Assembly: GCA_964413875.1 (NCBI GenBank)
Contig: CAYPUA010000009.1
Location: forward strand, 7,289-71,288
Length of the DNA: 64,000 bases
Source: an uncultured Bdellovibrionales bacterium
GTDB taxonomy: Bacteria; Bdellovibrionota_C; UBA2361; OMII01
Direction: 5' to 3'
Below are positions 47,340 to 57,834 of the stretch, in pieces. Under the pieces are notes generated by a model that did not search any database, had not been told where the DNA came from, and saw only the letters and a list, made by a program, of their open reading frames with translations. How positions within the stretch are numbered: the stretch's first letter is position 1; each line of letters starts with the position of its first letter. The position numbers and the translations under genes were made by a program.

Positions 47340-48953
47340 CTAGAGTGCCAGTGTTGCTTCAATCGTAAAGTTGAATTTAGAGCCACTCGGCGAAGTTCGC
47401 GGCTGCTCCACTTTTGAGAATACGTCCTTGCTCATCTTGAGAGCCTTTGCGATCGATTCGCTGGCGCTGATCGAGGACGTTGTGCCTGTTATCGTAGCTT
47501 TGGTGTCACTAATCTTGATCGAGTTAACGGTGGTTGCTCCGTCGCTCGGAAATAGCTTGAAGATCTCAAGGAGGGCTTCGAGAACCGACACCTTGGCTGG
47601 TGAGCCGAGGACTCCGAGCTCGTCTGAGAGCTTCTTTTGGGCGCTTGCCAGAGAGGTGAACACGTCTTCGTCCGTGCTCTCGAAGTTCGGTATGACGGTG
47701 CGAATCTGCTCCTCTAGCGCGCTGCGCGACTGGGCGATCGTGAACTCTCGAATGCCGTACACCCCGGCAACTGCCACAACACCCGCTATTGCGGCGGTAA
47801 TGAAGTAGGCCCGAGCACCGAGCAGCGCACGGATGAACTCGCCGATGCGAGGGGTAAACGAGAATTCCCCGGTGCGGTAATTAACCAGAGGCGTTGGGGC
47901 ATTTTCGTCTTTCGCGAAGACGGCGCTCAGCGCCGACAAGCCGATCTGCGACTCCTTGCTCTTCAGCAGGTCCTCGAATCGCAGCCCCTCGAGCGGCCGA
48001 CCGAAGAGCTGCTGCAGATTCGAGCCTTTGACGTCGCGCCCGAGCAGGTAGACGTTTTCGATGCGCGTGCCGTAGCGCCGTTCAGTCGAGGCGATCATGA
48101 GCTTAAGCGCGGTGAAGATGTGCTTGAGCGACTCCTCTCGCCGGTCGCTGGATTTCGCCGGGATGATGTTAGACGCCAGTAGCGCGCGCTCAACCCGAAC
48201 TTCGCCGTTTACGAGAACCGCCATCGAGTATTCCTCGCCCCGATTGAAGACGATCGCCGAGTTCTCCTTGAAGAAGCTCTTTCCGAGGTGGTACACCGCC
48301 GCAACGGCACTCGAGGGCACTGTAAGAACGTTCGGCTCAAGGCCGGATGCCTTGCAGAGCTCAAGCAGGTTGCGAACGAACCCACGCGGAATGACTCCGA
48401 CGTGAATATCAAAAGGCGGGGCTGACGGGTCTTGGTCGGCTGGGGTAATCCCCGTGCCGGCTTCAAACAGGCCGACAGTGCAGTACTGGATCAAGAACTC
48501 GTCGGTTTCAAAGGGGAGCACATCCTGAATCTGGTTGCCCACGATGGCATTGAGGCTCCGCTGGTCACCGAACGGAAGGGTGATGTTTAGGGACACATGA
48601 TCGTGTGGGGGGATGATGACCGATGAGGCTGTCCACTCCGTCTGAAGCGATGCTATCGCCTCCTTGAGGGCTGCTACGGCGTTTCGCACCTGTTCCCGTG
48701 CCGGGTCCTCGCCCTGGTCGCCCCCGTCGGCAGATTCTTGACTGGGGCCATCTTCGTTCTCTGAAGGGAGCTTATCGTCGTTTCTGGACGCCAGCAGCGC
48801 GCGGACATCGCCTTTGCTGAGAAACGCCTTGTCGAGCAGCAGCGGGATTACGGCAGTGGTGCGCTCCAACACCTCAACCTGCTCGCCTTCGATGCGAGAC
48901 ACCGTTATTTCACACGGCTGAGTGCTTAGATCGACCCCGAGAATACACTGCAT
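47340..48953 (-). CDS. gspL: Type II secretion system protein L-like (GspL; actin-like cytoplasmic domain + TM + periplasmic domain)
   Basis: ATG about 48953 (MQCILGVDLST…, PilM/GspL-type ASKHA start), central TM (AYFITAAIAGVVAVAGVYGI), periplasmic C-domain. The track ORF start at 49253 would overlap mrcA. Confidence 0.55.
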   Translation of the reverse strand: MQCILGVDLSTQPCEITVSRIEGEQVEVLERTTAVIPLLLDKAFLSKGDVRALLASRNDDKLPSENEDGPSQESADGGDQGEDPAREQVRNAVAALKEAIASLQTEWTASSVIIPPHDHVSLNITLPFGDQRSLNAIVGNQIQDVLPFETDEFLIQYCTVGLFEAGTGITPADQDPSAPPFDIHVGVIPRGFVRNLLELCKASGLEPNVLTVPSSAVAAVYHLGKSFFKENSAIVFNRGEEYSMAVLVNGEVRVERALLASNIIPAKSSDRREESLKHIFTALKLMIASTERRYGTRIENVYLLGRDVKGSNLQQLFGRPLEGLRFEDLLKSKESQIGLSALSAVFAKDENAPTPLVNYRTGEFSFTPRIGEFIRALLGARAYFITAAIAGVVAVAGVYGIREFTIAQSRSALEEQIRTVIPNFESTDEDVFTSLASAQKKLSDELGVLGSPAKVSVLEALLEIFKLFPSDGATTVNSIKISDTKATITGTTSSISASESIAKALKMSKDVFSKVEQPRTSPSGSKFNFTIEATLAL

Positions 48954-49017
48954 ATCCCTCGGATCATTACTGGATAGGGGGGTGACGGGCAAGGGTGGAA
49001 TGCGCCTGACGGGGCGC

Positions 49018-51446
49018 TTATTGACCGAACAGAGACCCCCAGAAGCCACGGGCGCGGGCGTCTTCCCGCGGGTCGTACCGACCTGGAGCTGGTCCTGCTC
49101 CCACTTCACCTGGATGGAGCGGGCAGACCTCACGTGGTTCGGTTCCCCGAACAAAAACCTCTGTAATACGCTCAGAGCTGGGGCACTCATCGGTTGCACG
49201 TCCCCCTGAGGCCGCATCGATCTCGACGAATGACACAGACGCTGGGGCCACAAATGAGCTGTTTGGAAGGTATGAGGAGCTGCAGCGCATGAACTCGCCC
49301 CAGATAGGCGCGGCAGCTGAGCCGCCCGTCAGGCCAAGAGGCGTATTGTCGTCGTTGCCGACCCATACCCCGACGACCAAGTTTGGGGTAAAGCCCACGA
49401 ACCAGGCGTCTCGGGCGTCGTTTGAAGTTCCGGTCTTCCCGGCCGCGTCACGCTCGAAGCCCGCCGCACGCGCAGCTTTTCCCGTGCCGCGCGCCAGCAC
49501 GCCCTGCATGATGTTCGTGAGCACGTAGGTGGCGCCGTCCTCTGAAACGCGCTCTTCGGATAGCTCGGAGGTGGCGAGCTTCTCGCCTTGGTCGTCAAGA
49601 ACCGAGACGTAGAGCCGAGGCTGTATGTAGATCCCCGAGTTTGCCAACGCTCCGTACGCTGCCGTTAGGCGCAGCAAGTTAGTGTCGAGGGCTCCGAGGG
49701 CCAGCGAGGGCACCTGTTGAACCGAGTCGCTCAGCCGGAAGGATGACACGGTGCGCCTCAGAGCCGAGAGCCCTACGCGCTCTGCAATGTAGAGGGCTGG
49801 CATGTTGAGAGAGTTCTCAAGGGCGTAGCGCAGCGTCACGTCGCCCCTGAATTTATGGTCGTAGTTTTCTGGATTCCAGGCCGCCTGGTGTTTGAGCTTT
49901 ACCTCGTGAGGTTGGTCTTCAAGGACGCTAACCGGGGAGGCTGCTTTGTATGAGTTGAGGGAGCCGTCCAGCGCTGTGAGGTAGAGGAACGGCTTGATCG
50001 TCGAGCCGATCTGCCGCATTCCCTGGCTGACGCGGTTAAACTGCGATGCCCCGAAATCCCGGCCGCCAACCCATGCCTTGACCAGCCCCGAGTAGGGTTC
50101 TATCGCCACGAGCGCCGCCTCTGGCCGCTTGCCGCCAGCAGAGATCTTTGGGTGCGCACTCTCGAGCTTAGAGAGCCCCTCGCTGACAGCCGCTTCGGCG
50201 CAGCGCTGCATTCCGAGGTCCAAGCCGGTGTAGATAGCGAGCCCGCCAGACGAGAACGACTCAATGTCGATGACGCCCTTGAGGTCAGACTCCAGTGCCT
50301 GAGCGTAGAACGGTGCGATGCGACGGTGCTCCTGTTGCTGGACAATTCTGAGAGGTTGGCGTTTTGCCTTTTCGTACTGTGCTTCGCTCAAGAAATTCAG
50401 CTCTCGCATCTTGGCAAGCACGACGTCTCGACGCTCTTTAGCCCGCTCTGGGTGCTTGCGCGGATTGTAGGTCGAAGGGGCCTTGATGATGCCGGCCAAA
50501 ACGGCTGCTTCCTCTGGCACAATGTCGCCGATCTGCTTGCCGAAGAAGGCGTTGGCAGCCTCCGGCATGCCGTGAATCGCCACGGCTCCCTCCTGCCCGA
50601 GGTACACTTCGTTCAGGTACAGCTCCAGGAGCTGATCCTTGGTGAGGCGGTACTCAAGGCTGAGGGCTGTTGGGATCTCCATCAACTTTCGAGAAATGGT
50701 CCTCTTCGGGGAGAGGAACAGGTTCTTTGCCAGCTGCTGGGTCAACGTGCTTCCGCCCTGCACAAGACGCCCTGCCATCACGTTTGTGGCGAGAGCGCGA
50801 AGGATGCTGATGAGGTCGATGCCGAAGTGTTCGTAGAAGCGCTCGTCTTCGATCGCGATTACCGCCTGCTGCATCACCGTCGGGATCTGGGCCAGAGGGG
50901 TGAAGGTGCTTGCTCGCACGTCTGGCGCGTTGAAGTGAGAGATTACTTGCGGCTCAAGCAAGAGTCGGTCTTTCGGGGGCTCATTGAGAAGCAGGCTCGC
51001 CTTCCTAGACTGCACCTCGGCGCCGCTCGCGTTTCGGTAGGGGCGAGTAACGATTGATAGAGCTGTTGGTGAGACGGAAAACTCGCCCGGTCTTGCGGGG
51101 TTCCCCGTTACCTCGGTGTATCGTCTGTCTTGCAGCACAGCCCGCAGCCGAGTGAGCTGCCCCGGCCCTGCATCATCCATTCGTGACACGAGACCGGCCA
51201 GGTCGATCGGCGCGGAGTACACCACCGGCAGCCCTGATTCATGTGGAGCAGCGAGGCGAGCCCGGACGCCACGATCAACGGCGACGAAGAGCCCTCCCGC
51301 CCCCGCTAGCAACAAGAGCAGTAGCACGATCAGCGCCCGGCGCAGCGGTCGCCGTCGGCGGGCGGGTGAGGGGGACCGCGAACTCTTAGCCTTCCGGGTC
51401 TTCGATGGCCGTCGACCTTTTGTTTTGATTGACTTCTTCTGGGACA
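49018..51446 (-). CDS. mrcA: Penicillin-binding protein 1A (bifunctional glycosyltransferase/transpeptidase)
   Basis: Basic N-terminal tail plus TM. GT51 motifs (EDERFYEHFGID, GGSTLTQQL), then transpeptidase SxxK (STIKPF), SxN and KTG (KTGTSND). Start taken at ATG about 51446 (MSQKKSIK). Confidence 0.85.
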
Positions 51447-51660
51447 TGGTTGAGAACACCTTCAGCAGGGAAGTGTCGGCACGGTTGGCCGTCGTTGCGT
51501 CCCGGGAGCCCCCTTGATTCGGTAGGCAGACGGGCGAAGCGTTTCTCTGCTTGGGGCACTGTAGCAAGAGAACGAGCTTTTGTGGTGGTAGGAAAGTGCA
51601 TCTCGGCATTTTTCTCGGCGGAGAGCGGGCAGAGCGGCTGCGGCCGTGTGGGAGAGCGGT

Positions 51661-52278
51661 ATGATTAGCAGGCTTACTGGTGAAGTTGCGGAGATTGACG
51701 GCGAGAGCGTCATCTTGGACGTTAACGGGGTAGGGTACGAAGTAGCGTGCACTAGCTTGGCTCTCTCTCAACTCTCCGTCGGCGCTCGTGCAACGATCAG
51801 CATTTACACCGATGTGCGCGAGGATGCTATCCGCCTCTTCGGATTCGGGTCCGCCGCCGAGCGGCAGATGTTCCTTCTGCTCAACCGGGTGTCAGGCATG
51901 GGGCCGCGTTCGGCTCTAGACGTGCTCTCAAATGTTGCTATTCGAGACCTGCTGCGAGCGATAGGCTCAGGCGATGTTCGGGCCCTCATGTCCATAAAGG
52001 GCGTGGGCAAGAAGAAAGCTGAACGAATCGTTGTTGAGCTTAAGGATCTCGTTGCCACTATGGCGGGAGAGCGTTCAACTGCGCTGCGCTCAATGGTGAC
52101 CGTCGAGTCTTCGCTCACTCCGGCTCCGAAGAGCCTCTCGGGAGATGCCGTGTCGGCGCTCGAAGTTCTCGGTTTCGGCCGAAAGGACGCTGAGGCCGCT
52201 GTTGCGCACGCGATGCAAGGAGTTGCGGACAGTGCCGACGTCGGTGATGTTGTGCGCGAAGCTCTACGCCATGTGTAG
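51661..52278 (+). CDS. ruvA: Holliday junction branch-migration complex subunit RuvA
   Basis: MISRLTGEVAEIDGESVILDVNGVGYEV OB-fold start, two HhH motifs (MGPRSALDVL, GVGKKKAERIV), C-terminal RuvB-binding domain. Confidence 0.85.
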   Translation: MISRLTGEVAEIDGESVILDVNGVGYEVACTSLALSQLSVGARATISIYTDVREDAIRLFGFGSAAERQMFLLLNRVSGMGPRSALDVLSNVAIRDLLRAIGSGDVRALMSIKGVGKKKAERIVVELKDLVATMAGERSTALRSMVTVESSLTPAPKSLSGDAVSALEVLGFGRKDAEAAVAHAMQGVADSADVGDVVREALRHV

Positions 52279-52422
52279 GCAAGCAGCTGAATTTGCAGGC
52301 AAAAATAAGCCGTTTGCTGCTTAAGAACCCTGTTCCCCAATCGCCCGGCGGTGTAGTATCGGCGCGGTCTAGAATCATCTCTCCGCATTAAACTGCGGAA
52401 TGCATTCAGGAGTCCGTACGGT

Positions 52423-53529
52423 ATGAGTCCAACAGAGAAGCGCGCCGCGCCGTCAGAAGACGTTGAGTTCTGGGGACCCTCTGACGCTGGACTGGAGCAG
52501 GGAGAGCGCCCGTTGGCGCCAACGGCGGCGGACGACGAAGAGCTGCTCGTCACATCGCTGCGGCCCAGCCGGTTCGACGAATACGTCGGGCAGGAGCACG
52601 TTCGAAGCAACCTGCAGATCGCATGCAACGCCAGCAAGCGCCGTGGCGAAGCCCTCGACCACGTACTGCTGCACGGCCCCCCAGGGCTTGGAAAAACATC
52701 TCTCGCCCGAATTATATCTGCGGAGATAGGGGTAGGCTTTAAGGGCACCTCGGGTCCCGCGATAGAGCGCCCAGGAGATCTTGCCGCAATTCTCACATCG
52801 CTCGGCGAGAGAGATGTGCTTTTCATTGATGAGATCCACCGGCTCTCGCGCGTGGTCGAAGAAGTTCTCTACCCGGCGATGGAGGATTTTGAGCTAGACA
52901 TTGTGATCGGCCAAGGGCCGGCTGCCCGCTCGATCAAGATACCGCTGAAGCCCTTCACCCTGATCGGCGCAACAACGCGCTCCGGGCTGCTTACCTCTCC
53001 GCTACGCGACCGGTTTGGAATCGTCCATCGGCTCGATTTCTACTCGGTTCCAGAGCTTTCTCAGATCGTGAACCGTTCGGCAGGAATCCTCAACATTGGC
53101 TGTATGCCGGAAGCTGCGACAGAGATCGCGTCTCGGGCGCGCGGCACTCCGAGAATTGCGAACCGTCTCCTGAAGCGGGTTCGGGATTACGCGGAGGAGT
53201 GCGCGGGGAGCGATATCACCCCCGATGTTGCAAAGCAGGCGCTCGACCTGCTTGAGATTGATCAGTGTGGGCTCGACCGCACGGACCGCGCGTTCCTGGC
53301 GATGATAATCGACAAGTTCGGTGGCGGTCCGGTCGGCATTGAGACGATTGGCGCGGCGCTCGGCGAGGATAGCGAGACTCTTGAAGACGTTTTCGAGCCG
53401 TTCCTGCTGCAGGAAGGATTCCTCGCCCGTACTAAGCGCGGCCGAGAGGCTACAGAGCGCGCGTACCGGCACCTAGGCCGGCCACTCTCCGGCCGGAGTG
53501 GGCAGGGGACGCTTTTCACGAAGGAGTAG
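52423..53529 (+). CDS. ruvB: Holliday junction ATP-dependent DNA helicase RuvB
   Basis: [13 protein letters not shown], Walker [12 protein letters not shown], Walker [10 protein letters not shown], sensor/winged-helix C-terminus. Confidence 0.9.
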   Translation: MSPTEKRAAPSEDVEFWGPSDAGLEQGERPLAPTAADDEELLVTSLRPSRFDEYVGQEHVRSNLQIACNASKRRGEALDHVLLHGPPGLGKTSLARIISAEIGVGFKGTSGPAIERPGDLAAILTSLGERDVLFIDEIHRLSRVVEEVLYPAMEDFELDIVIGQGPAARSIKIPLKPFTLIGATTRSGLLTSPLRDRFGIVHRLDFYSVPELSQIVNRSAGILNIGCMPEAATEIASRARGTPRIANRLLKRVRDYAEECAGSDITPDVAKQALDLLEIDQCGLDRTDRAFLAMIIDKFGGGPVGIETIGAALGEDSETLEDVFEPFLLQEGFLARTKRGREATERAYRHLGRPLSGRSGQGTLFTKE

Positions 53530-53532
53530 CCA

Positions 53533-54129
53533 GTGCGCGGGTTGTTGCTGTTTTTAATCGGGGCCCTGGGCGTTGCGGAGCCCTTCATGGTGGTGCAGTG
53601 GGCATCCCCGGAGCACAAGAGCGTCTCGATAGCCGTGCCAGGGCTTCAGGGCAACGTGGATGAGTGTCTCGCAGAGGGTCGGCAAGCGCGGATCAGGCTT
53701 GAGATACGGCTGTGCCGGAAGAGGAGCGCCTGGCTTGATCACTGCGAGTATGCTCGGTCCGAGCTGCATACCGTGGAGTTTGACGGCATAACGGAGAGCT
53801 ACCGCGTTGTGTCGGATCGATTCGGGGACGTTAGTGAGGCAACGGCGGTAGGGCTGCCGGTGCGCGAGGACGCTGTCAATCAGGTGCTTCGCTCGGAGAG
53901 CCTGCCCCTCAAATTCTTGGCGCGTGAGACGCCTGATCTTCTGGCGGATCGCGGTGCGTACATCTCCGTCCGCACGATCTTCCGCTGCAAGGGAGCATCG
54001 AGCAGGACCTTTGCACACCTGTCGCTGTTTCTCTCCCTTGGGCTGGTAAATACGGTTGAGTCGACCTCGGACTGGAGTGACTTTCCGCTCTTTCCGGAAG
54101 CCGAAGATAGCTCAGGCGCTTCAGAATGA
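53533..54129 (+). CDS. Secreted hypothetical protein, DUF4390-like; partner gene of the NtrY-like kinase
   Basis: Signal peptide MRGLLLFLIGALGVA. About 198 aa. Stop overlaps the ntrY-like start. The family name is from memory of the gene that precedes ntrY in some Proteobacteria. Confidence 0.45.
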   Translation: MRGLLLFLIGALGVAEPFMVVQWASPEHKSVSIAVPGLQGNVDECLAEGRQARIRLEIRLCRKRSAWLDHCEYARSELHTVEFDGITESYRVVSDRFGDVSEATAVGLPVREDAVNQVLRSESLPLKFLARETPDLLADRGAYISVRTIFRCKGASSRTFAHLSLFLSLGLVNTVESTSDWSDFPLFPEAEDSSGASE

Positions 54130-56333
54130 GGACTCTCGTAACCATAGTCCGGAAGCTGCGCTGGGTGCTCGTCGCCAGCGGGCTGTTGCTGGCGATACTA
54201 GCTTTCTCGACGATCCTCGACTGGCGGTCTGAAGACGACTCTTTCGTCAGCAACCTGCTGGTCTTCTTCCTCGTAAACCTGAACGTGCTGGCGCTGCTCG
54301 TGCTGATCGTCATGGTGGGGCGCAACGTCGTCAAGCTCATGTTCGAGCGCAAGCGGGGTATACTAGGCGCCAAGCTTCGCTCCCGACTGATGGGAGCGTT
54401 CGTCCTGATCGCATTCGTCCCGATGGGGCTCTCCTTCTTGGTCGCCAGTGGCCTGATCAGCGAGGCGATGGAGGACTGGTTTAGCCCACAGATCGAATCG
54501 AGCGTGACAAACTCGCTCACGATAGCGAGGCAGTACATGTCGAGCGCAAAGGTCGAGGTAAAGGCCGCAGCGGGCCGAATTCGGGCGGACCTTTCGCATC
54601 GCGGCGCCCTCGATGCCGATTCTCTTTCGGGCTTGCAGGAACACTTCGAGAACCTGCGCCAGCTAAACAACCTGTACTCCGTAAAAGTTGTCGACAAAAC
54701 CGGCAAGGTGCTGCTTGAGGCCTCGCACCCCACGGCGCTCGTAGAGTCGTTCGGTGAGCCGCCTCTCGATAACGATGCCCTGCGGGCTGCTGGGGCTGGC
54801 GATGAGCAGCTGAGGATAGAGGAGCGCGGAGCCGGTCAGTTTATACGGTACTATTCGCCCGTGCGCTCTAGGGTTGTGGTCGCGTCGTACCGCATGGACC
54901 CGGAGGTAGTGCACGCCGAAGGAGTTGTGCAGGATGCCTTCAACGAGTACGAGCAGCTTAAGTCACGCAAGCACCCGCTTCGGGCGAATTTCTTCCTGAC
55001 GCTTGCGCTGTTTAACCTCATGACGCTCTTCGGCGCGATCTGGATCGCCTTCTTCGTGTCGAAGCAGATTACCGGGCCCATACAGAAGCTCGCTGAGGGA
55101 ACTCGGGCGGTGGCGCGTGGCAACTACGACTTCGAGCTGCCGCCGATGCGCGACGACGAGATCGGGTTCCTCGTCACATCCTTTAGCCAGATGCTCCAAG
55201 ACTTGCGCCGGTCCCGCGATGAGGCAGAGCGGCGAGGGGTCCTCATCGAGACTATCTTGGCAAACCTGGCAGTTGGCGTTGTCGCGCTCGACAATCAGCA
55301 GCGCGTCACGACCGTCAATAGCGCTGCCGGGGCGCTGCTGCAGGTGGATCACGTCAACTTCAAGGCAGGCGCGCACCTCTCTGAAGTGCTTCGTGCTGAT
55401 GATTTCGGGAAGATTGGGCCGCTTCTCGACGCGCTTGGCGGCGATGGAAATCGCAACGCACCAGCGATTGCGGAAGCGGAGACGCGCATTGAGAGCGGTG
55501 GCCGGGAGCTTATCGTCGTGGCAACGGCAGGACGAATCGTGTCAGGTGATGGCGCGCACCTTGGCTACGTTCTTCTGCTTGATGACGTAACTGAGCTCTC
55601 ACGCTCCCAGCACCTCGCAGCGTGGCGGGATGTGGCGCGTCGCATCGCTCACGAAATCAAAAATCCTCTCACGCCGCTCCAGCTCTCCGCGCAACGCTTA
55701 GAGAGGCTGCTCAAGTCAAGTGAGCAGTCGGAATCCGTCGCCGAATCGACTCGCTCGATCGTTGAGCACGTAGAAATTATCAAACGGCTCGCTAACGAGT
55801 TTTCCGAGTACGGGCGTATGCCGACAGCGCAGTTTACGCCAACTGACCTAGAGGCATTGCTGAGGAACACAGTGCAGAGCTTCACGGCTGAGCACCAGGG
55901 AGTGACTTTTACGCTTTCCGTCGATGGAAAGATCCCCGAGATGTTGATCGACCCCGAGCAGATCCGCGGAGTGGTGCGGAATCTCCTTAACAACGCGGCG
56001 GCGGCCGCGGTTGGAGCCAGAGGCGGAAATAACGCGGCAGTTGACGTAAAGCTCGCCTTTGACCGCAAGAGCTCGCGGGCGTTGCTAGAAGTTGCTGACA
56101 ACGGTCCCGGAGTTCCAGCAGCAGACAAGAACCGGATCTTTGAGCCGTACTTCACCACCAAGAAGGGAGGCACGGGGCTCGGGCTTGCGATTGTCAGCAC
56201 GATTATCGCCGATCATCAGGGCGAGATTCGGGTCTTTGACCGACAGCCGAGCGGGACACGTATGGTAGTGGCTCTTCCGCAGCACCCTCAGCCCAGCACC
56301 CTTCGCCGCATTGCTGCGTTGCCTGCTGAGTGA
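54126..56333 (+). CDS. ntrY: NtrY-like membrane sensor histidine kinase (4 TM, HAMP, PAS, HisKA, HATPase_c)
   Basis: Four N-terminal TM helices, HAMP, H-box IAHEIKNPLTPLQLSAQRL (NtrY-type), and G-boxes DNGPGVP…GTGLGLAIV. Confidence 0.8.
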   Translation: MRTLVTIVRKLRWVLVASGLLLAILAFSTILDWRSEDDSFVSNLLVFFLVNLNVLALLVLIVMVGRNVVKLMFERKRGILGAKLRSRLMGAFVLIAFVPMGLSFLVASGLISEAMEDWFSPQIESSVTNSLTIARQYMSSAKVEVKAAAGRIRADLSHRGALDADSLSGLQEHFENLRQLNNLYSVKVVDKTGKVLLEASHPTALVESFGEPPLDNDALRAAGAGDEQLRIEERGAGQFIRYYSPVRSRVVVASYRMDPEVVHAEGVVQDAFNEYEQLKSRKHPLRANFFLTLALFNLMTLFGAIWIAFFVSKQITGPIQKLAEGTRAVARGNYDFELPPMRDDEIGFLVTSFSQMLQDLRRSRDEAERRGVLIETILANLAVGVVALDNQQRVTTVNSAAGALLQVDHVNFKAGAHLSEVLRADDFGKIGPLLDALGGDGNRNAPAIAEAETRIESGGRELIVVATAGRIVSGDGAHLGYVLLLDDVTELSRSQHLAAWRDVARRIAHEIKNPLTPLQLSAQRLERLLKSSEQSESVAESTRSIVEHVEIIKRLANEFSEYGRMPTAQFTPTDLEALLRNTVQSFTAEHQGVTFTLSVDGKIPEMLIDPEQIRGVVRNLLNNAAAAAVGARGGNNAAVDVKLAFDRKSSRALLEVADNGPGVPAADKNRIFEPYFTTKKGGTGLGLAIVSTIIADHQGEIRVFDRQPSGTRMVVALPQHPQPSTLRRIAALPAE

Positions 56334-56740
56334 TGGCGGGCGGTGCCCAACGACTCGCCGTAATGCGCATTTGGGGGTACGGCAGGCTGCCAAAAATCCG
56401 TGTGTTGCCGATACTCTAAGCAGCCGCCGAGCTCAGCATTAGATTTCGCCCCTTTTTTCGTTTGGAGCGCCAACGGAAGACCCGGTATACTGGTGAGACG
56501 GAGTTAGACGCGCACTTTTCCCTGTTCCGGCCGCTTATCGGACCGCCACAGTCGTCTTACCTCACTTGAGTGGTTTCCTTTTCTCGACCCTGCTCGGCGC
56601 CTACGCAGTAAGCCTTATATGCGGATCTCTAGGGCGGCAGGGACACACGCACGCTCTTATTTTGTTCAAGCGTGAGAAACGCCCGGATGCGCTCCACGAA
56701 ATGGGGCCAGCAGTCCGTTTTCGTAAGGTGCCAACGCTCT

Positions 56741-57742
56741 ATGATCCCAACCCAAACGCTAAGCCGATTCATCCACTCAAAGCGTCGACTCTACCCAGAC
56801 AGCACGGGGGAGCTCTCTGACCTGCTCGTCTCTATCTCGCTGGGAGTGAAGTACATAAGCCAGATGGTGGCTACCGCAGGCTTCAAGGGGCTTCACGGCT
56901 ACACCGGAAAGACCAACTCTCACGGCGAGGAAACGCGCAGGCTTGACGAGGAGGCCGACGAGGTTTTGGTTGAGCTGCTTGGCTCATCGCAGCACTTCGG
57001 CCTTCTTGTGTCAGAGGAGCGAGACAGCGTAATCGAGACCCAAGCCTCTACCGGAGAGGGGAAGTACGTCTTGGCATTTGACCCGCTGGATGGATCCTCA
57101 AATATCGGGTCGAGCATTCCAACTGGAACGATCTTCTGCATCTTCAGGAAGAAGGATCTCTCCCGCGCTGCCTCTCATGAGGACTTTCGGCAAGCCGGCT
57201 CGGAGATCGTGGCCGCGGGCTACTCGGTGTACGGAGCGAAGACCTCATTTGTGTACTCAACTGGGTCCGGCGTGCACGGATTCACGCTCGACCCAAGTTT
57301 GGGAGAGTTTGTGCTCACGGACGAGAACATTCGCATCCCCACTCGCGGCCTGATCTACAGCGTGAACGAGGGGAACACGGCCTACTGGAGTGACGGCGTA
57401 AAGGACTTCGTCGGACAGCTCAAGAGCCCGGATGCTGCCTCTGGCGCTCCGTACACGGGGCGGTACGTTGGCTCCCTCGTGGCGGACTTCGACCGAACGC
57501 TGCGGAAGGGAGGAATCTTTCTCTACCCAACTGACTCCAAGCGCCCGAACGGGAGGCTGCGCCTGTTGTACGAGTGCATGCCTCTCGCCTTTATAGCCGA
57601 GCAGGCTGGCGGCCTGGCTCTCAACGGTCCCGACAACATTCTATCGCTGGTCCCCGAGGATATTCACGAGCGCAGCGCCTTCATAGTCGGCAGCGAACAC
57701 GAGGTGCGTTGGTACAAGCGAGTAGTGCACGGCGCGAAGTAG
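56741..57742 (+). CDS. fbp: Fructose-1,6-bisphosphatase class 1 (copy 2)
   Basis: AAGGTG RBS and ATG 56741. YVLAFDPLDGSSNIGSSIPTGTIFCIFRK, GGIFLYP, YECMPLAFIAEQAGG. The track ORF begins at 56672. Confidence 0.85.
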   Translation: MIPTQTLSRFIHSKRRLYPDSTGELSDLLVSISLGVKYISQMVATAGFKGLHGYTGKTNSHGEETRRLDEEADEVLVELLGSSQHFGLLVSEERDSVIETQASTGEGKYVLAFDPLDGSSNIGSSIPTGTIFCIFRKKDLSRAASHEDFRQAGSEIVAAGYSVYGAKTSFVYSTGSGVHGFTLDPSLGEFVLTDENIRIPTRGLIYSVNEGNTAYWSDGVKDFVGQLKSPDAASGAPYTGRYVGSLVADFDRTLRKGGIFLYPTDSKRPNGRLRLLYECMPLAFIAEQAGGLALNGPDNILSLVPEDIHERSAFIVGSEHEVRWYKRVVHGAK

Positions 57743-57834
57743 CGGGGCAATCTGCGTTAGGGCAGCAAAAAGGGGCGGTTGAGCTGAGTCAGGATTGCTG
57801 GCTACAATGCCAGAAGTCTGAGTTGTTGCCCCCT

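Noticed and set aside
49018-49253. Track ORF start for the GspL-like gene at 49253, which would overlap mrcA by 236 nt
   Set aside because: An in-frame ATG at about 48953 gives a canonical ILGVDLS ASKHA start and removes the overlap.
56334-56740. Possible small RNA or terminator in the 408 bp ntrY-fbp spacer (T-run at about 56446-56456)
   Set aside because: No convincing GC-rich hairpin precedes the T-run, and I recognise no conserved RNA motif. Left as a remark under the NtrY finding.
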